A stretch of DNA of 64,000 nt from Candidatus Latescibacterota bacterium (lineage in GTDB: Bacteria; Latescibacterota; UBA2968; UBA8231): positions 3,234,305 to 3,298,304 of the forward strand of contig CBDCNM010000002.1 of NCBI GenBank assembly GCA_965219385.1. The letters run 5' to 3'. The stretch's first letter is position 1; each line of letters opens with the position of its first letter. The notes beneath the pieces are model-generated. The model made no database searches, was not told where the DNA came from, and saw nothing but the letters and a program-made list of their open reading frames with translations. Below are positions 51,529 through 60,086 of this stretch, piece after piece. Position numbers and translations under genes: made by a program.

Positions 51529-52438
51529 ATGATGACTCGCACCGATAGACGACGATTCCCTGTCCTGATTGCCGCCTTCGCAACTCTGGCCTTGGCGGGC
51601 GCCGTGCTCGGCCTGCTCTTCTCCACGGCGGAGGCGCAGGAGGCTGACGAGGTGTTGCTGAGCAACCTCGGGCAGAGCTACGCCGACGAAACAAACATTC
51701 AACCCTCACTCGAATATGCCCAGGGGTTCACCACCGGCTCTAACGCCGGCGGATACGTCTTGGGCAGCGTTGAGCTGGACGTACAAACAGTGCCGAACAC
51801 CCCGGCCGACGTAACAGTCGCGCTGTGGTCCGCGACCAGTGGCTCCAACCCGACGCCCGACGCCTCGGTCGCTACGCTGACCCATTCCACCGGGACGTGG
51901 GCCCACCGGTCTCAATACCTTCAACGCCCCGACGGGCACAGTGCAGGCCGCCGGCACGACCTACTTCGTGGTCGTGTCTTACAGCGGCTCAGCTCCGGAA
52001 CTAAAGCTGAAAGACACAGCATCGAGTTCCGCTGACGCCGGCGGCGCGGCGGGTTGGACCGTCGCCCAGCAGGTTGGCGGTGATCTATCCGAGCCGACCA
52101 TCAACCATCCCAGCGAGATCAGGGCCTACTGGACCGATTCCGAAACTAGCGGCAATGAACAGGGCGATTGCGCCAGCACCGAGCCTTTCCGCGCCTACTG
52201 GGAGCCGCCGAAAAGAGCCGACGAGTGGGAGGCCGAGGTGACGGCCGAGCATGGCGCCAGCAACGTGAGCTTCACCATGAGTAACACTGGCGGGAGGTGG
52301 CCCGAGCTGACCGGGACCGTCCGGATCAACGGCTTCAGCACGGTGAGCCTCCGGGTTCGCGGTCGTTTCGGCGACGACGGATGGGGCGGCTGGTCGCCCA
52401 TTACAAGTATGTATTGCAACATGCCCGGGGGCCTCTAA
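51529..52438 (+). pseudogene. Short secreted paralog of the N-terminal part of 40426-43278, ending -GGL; +1 frameshift near 51903
   Basis: Homologous AQGFTTGS..GGYVL and AYWTDSET modules; an extra C in TGG GCC C ACC GGT relative to the paralog. Confidence 0.78.
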
Positions 52439-52495
52439 TCGCCTGGGGATTGCCCCATCAAGCTGAAGACCATGCCCCACGTCGAGAGAAATGGC

Positions 52496-52529
52496 TTGAC
52501 ATGGCCTCTATTAACTCTATTTTATAGAG
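52496..52529 (+). promoter_or_regulatory. Sigma70-like promoter with inverted repeat CTCTAT-TTT-ATAGAG
   Basis: TTGACA at 52496; palindrome at 52515-52529 over the -10 region; further AACTCT half-sites downstream. Confidence 0.55.
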
Positions 52530-52621
52530 AACTCTGTATAAGTTGGGGAAACTCTATCAATCAATGGAAAGGGCCGTCGCCCTCGGCTCCCGGGACGGCA
52601 GCCGTGCAAGGAGATTTCACT

Positions 52622-53188
52622 ATGGATCCCAAGGTGACGCAGAAGCTCGAAGAGGACGTGTCCTTCGTCCGCCAGGCGGTGGAGCAGCGGGATGAGGGGC
52701 AATACCGCTCGCTGGGGATTACCGTCCTGTGGGCGGTGATCATCGCCGCCGGATACGCCCTGAACGATTTCGCCATGGATTACGCGCCTCTGTTCTGGAC
52801 CATCGCCCCCGCGGCCGGCTTCCTGGCCAGCCTCGGCCTCGGCGTTCGCCAGGAGAGGAAACGGGGACTCCGCAGGCCGCGTCTTGGCGCCAGACATGCC
52901 CTGCACTGGGGCAGTATCTTCTTCGCGGGGGTGGCGGTGATTTCCATTGCCCTTTCCCACCGGTTAGACGGCTGGGTCATCGGCCAGCTCTTCGGCCTCC
53001 TCTGCGGCACCGTGTTCTTGCTGGGCGGCCTGCACCTGGACCGGCGCAAACTCTTGCCCGGCGTCCTGCTCATCTGCGGATCGGCCGCGGTCGACCACCT
53101 CCAGCCCTATCCCTGGACCACCGTCGGCCTGGCCACGGCCGCCGCTCTGGTGGCCAGCGCCATATGGATGAAACCGAAGGAAGAATGA
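52622..53188 (+). CDS. Multi-pass membrane protein
   Basis: AGGAG RBS, about six hydrophobic segments, coupled to a wHTH gene. Confidence 0.8.
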   Translation: MDPKVTQKLEEDVSFVRQAVEQRDEGQYRSLGITVLWAVIIAAGYALNDFAMDYAPLFWTIAPAAGFLASLGLGVRQERKRGLRRPRLGARHALHWGSIFFAGVAVISIALSHRLDGWVIGQLFGLLCGTVFLLGGLHLDRRKLLPGVLLICGSAAVDHLQPYPWTTVGLATAAALVASAIWMKPKEE

Positions 53189-53517
53189 AGAAGCCGTCGC
53201 AACCGGCTGAAGTCACCTCCAGGGGTCTGGTGCGGCTGGACAAGCTGCTGGAACACCGCAGCCGGCTCGGCGCCTGCGTGCTGCTGGCCGACGTGGAAGC
53301 CATGACCTTCGCCAGCCTCAAGCAGCTCCTCCAGGAGACGGACGGCAATTTGGGAGCGCACCTGCGCAAGCTGGAGGACGCCGGCTACCTCGATGTGTCC
53401 AAGCGTTTCGAGAACCGCAGGCCGGTGACCTGGTACCGCCTCACCGGCAAGGGTGCCAGGGCCCTTCGGGACCACCTCGAGGCCCTGCAGACGGTGATCC
53501 GGGGGGCGCGGCTCTGA
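53185..53517 (+). CDS. Winged-helix transcriptional regulator (HTH_34/MarR-like)
   Basis: LDKLLEHRSRLG...TDGNLGAHLRKLEDAGY...RRPVTWYRLT.KG. Confidence 0.9.
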   Translation: MKKPSQPAEVTSRGLVRLDKLLEHRSRLGACVLLADVEAMTFASLKQLLQETDGNLGAHLRKLEDAGYLDVSKRFENRRPVTWYRLTGKGARALRDHLEALQTVIRGARL

Positions 53518-53518
53518 G

Positions 53519-55011
53519 ATGTACCCGCGAGTGATGGCTCTCTTTTTCAGCATTTGTTTCTCTCTTCCGGCCTCGGCGCAGAGCAAGGCTTTCGTCCAGG
53601 GACAGGTGGTCGACGAAGCGCAGCGGCCGATGGCCTTTGTCAACGTGCAGATCGTCGACACCACCGACGGCGCAACAACCGGCCGGGACGGCCGCTTCGC
53701 CTTTTCCACCCGGCGCCTCGGACGACACGACCTGAGCGCCACCTTCATCGGCTTTGAACCCGCCCGGCGGACCCTGCACTTGACCGCGGGCGATACCACC
53801 ATGGTGCGCCTGGTGCTGCGGCGCGCCTTCATCGAACTTGGCGAAACGGTTGTCACCGCCAGTACCTATACCACCGGGGAGGAGGAGACCGTTACCCTTT
53901 CCCCCCTGGATGTGGTTACCACCCCTGGGGCTTCCGCCGATATCTTTCGCGCCTTCAAAACCTTCCCCGGCGTGGCCACCGTGGATGACGGCGCCGGCCT
54001 TTTCGTCCGCGGCGGCGACGTGAGCGAGACGGTCGTTCTGCTCGACCAAGCCACGGTGGTGCATCCCTACAGGTACGAGTCGCCCACCGGCGGAGTATTC
54101 GGCACGATCCCTCCCTTCATGGTCCAGGGCACGGCCTTTTCCACCGGTGGATTCTCCGCCCGCTACGGCAATGCGCTTTCCGCGGTGCTGGCAATGGAGA
54201 GCCTGGACCTGACCCCCCGCGACTTGACCGGCAAGATTCGCACGGACTGGGAACGCCTCCTCGGTGCATTCGGGATCTTGCGCCTCGGGACCGAAGTGGA
54301 GCACGCCGACAACCGATTCGTGGGCAGCATCCCCCAGGGCGACATCCTCGACCCCGAGGCAGAGGTCTTCGAGCTCGATGCCTCCTACAGCGCCCGGCGC
54401 ACGGGCGCCCCTACCGCAACCTCGTGCTGGACGACGCCGATCTGAACCTTGCGAATACGGGCAGAGGCCGGGCCTCCGGTGTCGACCTCTTTTGCAAGTA
54501 CGGCGCCTTTCTCAATACCCGCTTCAGCGGCTGGATGGCTTACAGTCTGCTGCACTCGCGCCGGTTGCAGGTGCGCCATCTAGGGTTTGAGACGCGCCGC
54601 GAAGAAGCTCCTTCTCCGTTCGATATCACCCACAATCTGACCCTGGTCACCAAAATGCGGATTGTCCGCACCTTAAGCGGCGGCCTGACTCTGAGATACG
54701 CCAGCGGCCGCCCGATCACCCCGATCGTCGGTGCCGTTCCCGTGGCGGGCAAAGGCTACTACCTGCCGGTGGAAGGACCCGTCGGCTCGGAACGGCTGCC
54801 CTCCTTTCAACAGGTGGACGGGCAGTTGAGCTACCTGCTGTTCTTCGGCTCCGGGCACCAGGCGGTCTTCTACCTGGCGGTCAACAACCTTCTCAACCGA
54901 GCGAATGTGCTCGATTACGATTACAGCATCGACTATACCCGGCGCCGGCCGCGCACCTCCCTCTTTCGCCGGTCCATCTACTTCGGCACCACCGTCTCCC
55001 TGAACCATTGA
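53519..55011 (+). pseudogene. TonB-dependent receptor with internal deletions and a frameshift
   Basis: Carboxypeptidase-regulatory-like domain and plug (LFVRGG...GGFSARYGNALS), short barrel remnants, frame change near 54410, then the barrel C-terminus. Too short for an intact receptor. Confidence 0.8.
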
Positions 55012-55033
55012 CCCTCAACCAAAGGGGCTACAA

Positions 55034-55759
55034 ATGCTGCGCTTTCTGCTCTCACTCGCTTTCGTTTTTTCCATCGCCTGTCCCGCCTTCCCCCAATCGG
55101 CCGATTCCCTTCTCGTCAATGGAAGACAGATGCTGCATTCCGGTGAGAACCAGGGGTCCCTCGATGCGATGTACGCGGCCCGGGCCATGTTCGAGCGCGC
55201 CCTGGCCGATTACCGCATGGTCAACCTTCTGCTGGCCGCCGGGGAGGAAAACAAGGACACCGCTTCCAGGCACCTGAAGACCGCGGTCGAGCACTTGCAG
55301 GAAGCTACCCGGATCAATCCCCAGGCGGCGGAAGCCTATGCCCTGCTTTCGAGCACGTACGGCAGGCAGATCGGCCTGAGTCCTGTAAAAAGCATGTTCC
55401 TCGGTCCCAAGGCGGGAAAGGCCATCAGGAAAGCCGTGCAGCTCGCCCCCGACAATCCGCGCGTGGTACTGAGCGCGGCCATCGGCGATTTCAACACTCC
55501 CAAGATGTTCGGCGGCAACAAAGAAAGGGCCATGCAGGGGTTCCGGCGGGCCGCGGAACTGTTTGCCCTGGAAAAGCCGGCCGAACCCGTCGAGCCTGTA
55601 TGGGGACACAGCGAAGCCTACGCCTGGCTCGGCCTCGCCTACGTGGACAGGGACGAAAGGGCGGCGGCGGGGGCGGCCTTCGAGAAGGCGCTTGAGATCG
55701 ATCCGGATTTTGGGTGGGTGAAGTACGTGCTGCTGCCGGAATTGGAAAAGGCGAATTAG
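55034..55759 (+). CDS. Secreted TPR protein
   Basis: Signal peptide; AEAYALLS, AVQLAPDNPR, EAYAWLG...FEKALEIDPDF. Confidence 0.85.
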   Translation: MLRFLLSLAFVFSIACPAFPQSADSLLVNGRQMLHSGENQGSLDAMYAARAMFERALADYRMVNLLLAAGEENKDTASRHLKTAVEHLQEATRINPQAAEAYALLSSTYGRQIGLSPVKSMFLGPKAGKAIRKAVQLAPDNPRVVLSAAIGDFNTPKMFGGNKERAMQGFRRAAELFALEKPAEPVEPVWGHSEAYAWLGLAYVDRDERAAAGAAFEKALEIDPDFGWVKYVLLPELEKAN

Positions 55760-55834
55760 CGGGCTTTTTCGGGGGGGCCGATGTCCTTAGCCGCTTTCGG
55801 TCAGTGGTGGTGCGGTCTAACGATCCGGGCTCGA

Positions 55835-56044
55835 TCCGACGCTATCTGGACGGGGTAGTTGAGAAGGTTGACGAACACCCTCGGCCCGATGCGGATTTTA
55901 AACGCCTCGCAAGGGGTTCTCGAAACCGAGGCGTCGCTGCCACCGCGTTGCAAAACGCGTTGCCACCGCGTTGCAAAACGCGCCTCGCGTTGCGAATTGC
56001 AACACATCCTCTGTTCCTCCATTAGGTTTTTCCCGTAAGTCCTT
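55835..56044 (+). repeat. Copy of 59656-59842 containing the UAS-like site, cut off before the sigma54 promoter
   Basis: Near-identical DNA, with an extra 23-bp tandem duplication at about 55938-55983. Confidence 0.9.
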
Positions 56045-56267
56045 TACATATGATCTCGGGTTCCTAGTCTAGGTAGCCACCTGCGCATCCGCTCGTGGGC
56101 GGGAAGTAGTGCTTGAAATGCCGACTCGAAGCCCTCCCATGGAGATCAATGCCATGGTGGGAGGCCGCAGCTCAATGGAGAGAGCAGGTCTCTGACGAAG
56201 AACTAGGCCCGGATCGCGCCCGTAGATGCGGGTCTCGGGAGCATCGTCCGTTGGAGAGCCCATCCAT

Positions 56268-57047
56268 TCAGTTCCTCTGGTTCTTCACCCAACCCCAAGT
56301 CATCGGTTGGATGGCCGTCGTTGGCCCCAGCTCGCTACCCGCCGCCCAAAACTCCAGAGTGTAGGTTTCGCCTTCTTCGGACAAGAACAGAGGAAAGGTC
56401 ACAGACAAGAGATCGTCTTTCAAGGCGAAGGTGCCTGACATTAGAAGTGGGAGAGGTTCTTCGTCCAATAATTCGCCAAGCATGTCCATGACTTCTTCCC
56501 ATACGGGGTCTTCCAGTACTTCCGCCAGTGATTCCTCCAACATCTCCACCATTTCGGCCGGTGTCGTTTCGGCGGTCACCTGGAACCAAAAAACAGTCGT
56601 GGCTATCGCCACGGTCATTCCTTCGTAGAGGATGGGGAGCCAGTATTCTCTTGCCGACAGGGATTCGCCATGGACTACGTAGGAAGCTGTTTCGTAGTGC
56701 AATAACAAGCTGTCGCCCTTCGTTTCCCAAGTCCCGTTTCCTTCTATGTATTCCAAGCTACTCGCCAAGCGGATTCTCTCTGTAGAAGCCTTTTCCATCC
56801 ATTGGAGCACTTCTTCGGGGATGTCCTCTGGGTACTCCATCACTATTTCGGACTTCGGCTGGATGGCTACTTCAAACGTCTGGTTGGCCTTCAAGTCCAA
56901 CTGCAAGGAATACTCAGCTTTGGTCTCTGAATCCTGAGTCGTCGTTTCCCAGGATCCGACCAGTGTCTCGGCGACCAAGGGGGGCGTAAAGGGCATCAAA
57001 AGAACCAAGGGACAAAGGAATCTGAACTTAGACAATGGATGGCTCAT
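56268..57047 (-). CDS. Secreted hypothetical protein with a C-terminal TWGxxK motif
   Basis: AAAGGAG RBS, signal peptide, ends TTAIQPMTWGWVKNQRN; lower GC than its flanks. Confidence 0.8.
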   Translation of the reverse strand: MSHPLSKFRFLCPLVLLMPFTPPLVAETLVGSWETTTQDSETKAEYSLQLDLKANQTFEVAIQPKSEIVMEYPEDIPEEVLQWMEKASTERIRLASSLEYIEGNGTWETKGDSLLLHYETASYVVHGESLSAREYWLPILYEGMTVAIATTVFWFQVTAETTPAEMVEMLEESLAEVLEDPVWEEVMDMLGELLDEEPLPLLMSGTFALKDDLLSVTFPLFLSEEGETYTLEFWAAGSELGPTTAIQPMTWGWVKNQRN

Positions 57048-57234
57048 TACATGCTCCTTTCACTTCGAGTTATGAGAGGGGGATAGTTACAGGGGTGCTA
57101 TAGGGTGAGGACCCTAAGGGGGTGTTGGGAGCCCGATTATCCCTGCCTTCCAGCCAAGATCTGTATCTGTCACGTCTTCGAGGGTGGATCCTGCTGGAAC
57201 CTTGAACAAGGGCATCTGCGGATTGTTCACTGCT

Positions 57235-58194
57235 TCAGAATCGCAGTCGTCCGCCGATGAAAAGGCTTCTTCTTCCCTGCTGCCCGGTGCGCACGTCGAA
57301 TATCAGACCAGTTGTCATCCCGGGCGAGTCCCTGTCCTCAATCGTTTCCCACGCCTCTCGCTTCCAGAGCGCGCCAGCCAGCGCACCCGCGCCTGCCCCT
57401 AACAGCCCGAAGGCCCAAGTAGTCCCCACAAGCGAAGTCCCCTCGTCACCCCGTTCAAGTCCAACTAACGCGCCCAGTACGGCACCACCCAAAGCACCGT
57501 ATATCGCTCCCTTCCTTGCTTGGCCACGCTCGCCAAGGCTTCGTTCTAGCCGCCGAATCTCATCGTGCTCGACCGTTCGTAGGCCGCCCCCCTTGCCCGC
57601 TAACGCCAAGACCAGTTCGTCTGGCTTCGCTTCTGCCAACACACCGACAATCCTCCCCGCCGGGAGCGTCACGCGAATTCGCTCGCCCTTCCCCGGCGAG
57701 CTCCAGCCCTCAATCGTCTCCCACGGCTCTTCCTTGCGTAGCGCACCTGCCAGCGCACCCACGCCTGCCCCTATCAGTCCGGTGGTTAAAACCAATCCCG
57801 CAACCGCTAGGCCTTCGCCAGAGCAGTCTTCATTCTGCGACCACTCCCATTGAAGGCAGGTGGTGCTATCCTCAAGCATTCCAAGTCCAATTGTTAGGCT
57901 GAATGTGGCAACGCTCAAAGCACCGGTTATGGCTCCCTTCTTTGTCTGGCGACGCTCGCCAAGGCTTCGTTCCAGCCGGAGAATCTCATCGTGCGCGACC
58001 GTTCGCAGGCCGCCCCCTTCGCCCGCTAGCGCCAGGACCAGTTGGCTCGGCCTCGTTTCTGCCAGCACACCGACAATCCTCCCCGCCGGGAGCGTCACGC
58101 GAATTCGCTCGCCCGCTACCTGCGCCGAGGCGGCAATAGGCACCACCATGCCGCATGTCACGCAGCCGACTACTGCAATTGCTATGGCCTTCAT
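57235..58194 (-). CDS. Exported protein with two tandem beta-domain plus glycine-zipper repeats
   Basis: GERIRVTLPAGRIVGVLAE...RLERSLGER...KGAI.GAL occurs twice; terminal Phe. Confidence 0.75.
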   Translation of the reverse strand: MKAIAIAVVGCVTCGMVVPIAASAQVAGERIRVTLPAGRIVGVLAETRPSQLVLALAGEGGGLRTVAHDEILRLERSLGERRQTKKGAITGALSVATFSLTIGLGMLEDSTTCLQWEWSQNEDCSGEGLAVAGLVLTTGLIGAGVGALAGALRKEEPWETIEGWSSPGKGERIRVTLPAGRIVGVLAEAKPDELVLALAGKGGGLRTVEHDEIRRLERSLGERGQARKGAIYGALGGAVLGALVGLERGDEGTSLVGTTWAFGLLGAGAGALAGALWKREAWETIEDRDSPGMTTGLIFDVRTGQQGRRSLFIGGRLRF

Positions 58195-58410
58195 GGCACG
58201 TCCTTGTCGATGAGACACTTCTCCCCATCCTTCCCGCACGGCTCCTAGCTTGTCAGGAAAGGCCGCAATGAGCCCACTCCATATATACTGCCGACCGTAG
58301 CTTTCTGTCAATGGGCATCGAAAATGTCAGGGTTTTGGGCAGTGTATGTGGCCGGCGGTGGCAAGGTGGTATTTGCCGGTGCGACCGGGGATTTGGAGCA
58401 ATAGCAGATC

Positions 58411-58645
58411 GTGGAGACGAGTGCGCGCCGCATCATCCGTTTGTGCACGAAAGGCGGCCTGCTCGACGCCACTCAAGCCGATCGGCTCGCCGACGAGGAG
58501 CCCGTGCTGGCCGCCCTGACGGCGGCCTCGGTGCGAGGGCTCACCGCCACCGGGGTGCGTCGCCCTTGTGCTTCGCTTCGCAGCGGCTTTGTTTCGCGCT
58601 CAAAATGCCGTGGTCGGATGGGACCAGCCATCTCCTGCTCTCTCT
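58411..58645 (+). mobile_element. IS91-family (Y2) transposase remnant
   Basis: RRIIRLCTKGGLLD...LADEEPVLAALTAASVRG, then in another frame ALKMPWSDGTSHLLLS. Confidence 0.6.
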
Positions 58646-58754
58646 GTACTGCGAGCTCGGTCGAAGGACGGGCAAACGATCCTCAGGGAGCTGCCTGACC
58701 CTGGCGGTGCGCTCAGCGCCTGGACCGAGAGTCCAAAAAGGTGCCTCATTTTAC

Positions 58755-58892
58755 CTATACTTCAACTTGTTGGCGGCGCTCGGTGTCGGGTTCGTACAGG
58801 CCGACGACTTCGACCTCGGGATTGTCGAGCATTGCCTTGAGTTTGCCAGCGGCGTGACCGTGCATGGTGCCGTATTGCACCATGCGGATCAT
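58755..58892 (-). pseudogene. 5' fragment of a Gfo/Idh/MocA-type oxidoreductase
   Basis: GAGGAG RBS; MIRMVQYGTMHGHAAGKLKAMLDNPEVEVVGLYEPD, stop after 45 aa. Confidence 0.6.
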
Positions 58893-58978
58893 GAGGTCTC
58901 CTCGCGGAAAAATGCGTTGTGATTGGGTTGGGAAGGTTCTCGATTAGGAGGCTTATACGTCTTGGTCAGTGAGGCGAC

Positions 58979-59245
58979 TTACGATACTTTGGCTTTCAAG
59001 GGAAACCTTTCCGGGTGCTCGATGGATTCTATGCTCAGATCTACATCCAAATCCGGCCAATAGAAGTGGCCGGGCGTAGGCTGTTCAACTCGGAGGATGT
59101 TCCCAATCGGAACCTCTTTGAACCAAGGGAAATCCTCATAAGAAAGAAAAAATTCCCGCTCACCGACGAGCAGCCATATCCCATGAGTCGATATATTGGT
59201 CACTTCAACTTCCGAAGCGATCTTGCCAAGCTGTTCTGAGTTCAT
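58979..59245 (-). CDS. DUF2442 domain protein
   Basis: VEVTNISTHGIWLL...FLSYEDFPWF...YWPDLDVDLS.ESIEHPERFPL. Confidence 0.88.
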   Translation of the reverse strand: MNSEQLGKIASEVEVTNISTHGIWLLVGEREFFLSYEDFPWFKEVPIGNILRVEQPTPGHFYWPDLDVDLSIESIEHPERFPLKAKVS

Positions 59246-59281
59246 CGTAGCGCTCCTCAATAATCTGCTCAATTTCCCTGA
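59205..59281 (-). pseudogene. 3' remnant of a DUF4160-like partner gene
   Basis: REIEQIIEERYDELRTAWQDRFGS-stop overlaps the DUF2442 start. Confidence 0.55.
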
Positions 59282-59360
59282 GTCGGGGCCGGGGTCACTA
59301 AGGGTAGATTGGTGGAGGAGCTTGACCAGGCGCTCCGGGTGGAGCCAGCAAGTGTCAGTT

Positions 59361-59641
59361 CCTTGGACCACCGTCGGCCTGGCCACGGCCGCCGCTCTGG
59401 TGGCCAGCGCCATATGGATGAAACCGAAGGAAGCATGAAGAAGCCGTCGCAACCGGCTGAAGTCACCTCCAGGGGTCTGGTGCGGCTGGACAAGCTGCTG
59501 GAACACCGCAGCCGGCTCGGCGCCTGCGTGCTGCTGGCCGACGTGGAAGCCATGACCTTCACCAGCCTCAAGCAGCTCCTCCAGGAGACGGACGGCAATT
59601 TGGGAGCGCACCTGCGCAAGCTGGAGGACGCCGGCTACCTC
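59361..59641 (+). repeat. Duplicate of 53111-53391 (end of the membrane-protein gene and a truncated wHTH gene, 59435-59683)
   Basis: 281 bp, near-identical. Confidence 0.93.
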
Positions 59642-59764
59642 TCGTCGACACCACCTCCGACGCTATCTGGACGGGGTAGTTGAGAAGGTTGACGAACACC
59701 CTCGGCCCGATGCGGATTTTAAACGCCTCGCAAGGGGCTCTCGAAACCGAGGCGTCGCGGCCAC

Positions 59765-60013
59765 TGCGTCGCAAAACGCGCCTCGCGTTTCAAATTGCGA
59801 CACATCCTCTGTTCCTCCATTAGGCTTTTCCCGTAAGTCCTTACCTTACATCCATTTATAGCTTCTGTCAGAGCCGTGACACGGTCGCCCGGGCGGTTTT
59901 CGTGTAGCATTTCTGCAACACGTCGATACTTTCCTCCAATCGGCTGTATATACTCTAACTCCTTCATCTACAATGTGTTGCCTGTTTTGTGCAAATCATG
60001 GCACGAATTTTGC
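59765..60013 (+). promoter_or_regulatory. Second complete sigma54 promoter module
   Basis: TGGCACGAATTTTGC at 59999-60013, identical to 32066-32080; UAS-like site at 59767-59802; TAACTCCTTCATCTACAATGTGTTG box. Confidence 0.85.
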
Positions 60014-60086
60014 CATGTATGAGGGAAGACGCTGTGTATAAAAATGAAAATGCGGTGAATTGAGGTCAAGGAGAAACGAGGGAGTC

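Noticed and set aside
40426..52438. Diversity-generating retroelement or invertase shufflon behind the repeated blocks
   Set aside because: No reverse transcriptase or recombinase is in the window, all repeats are direct, and the differences are not visibly adenine-specific.
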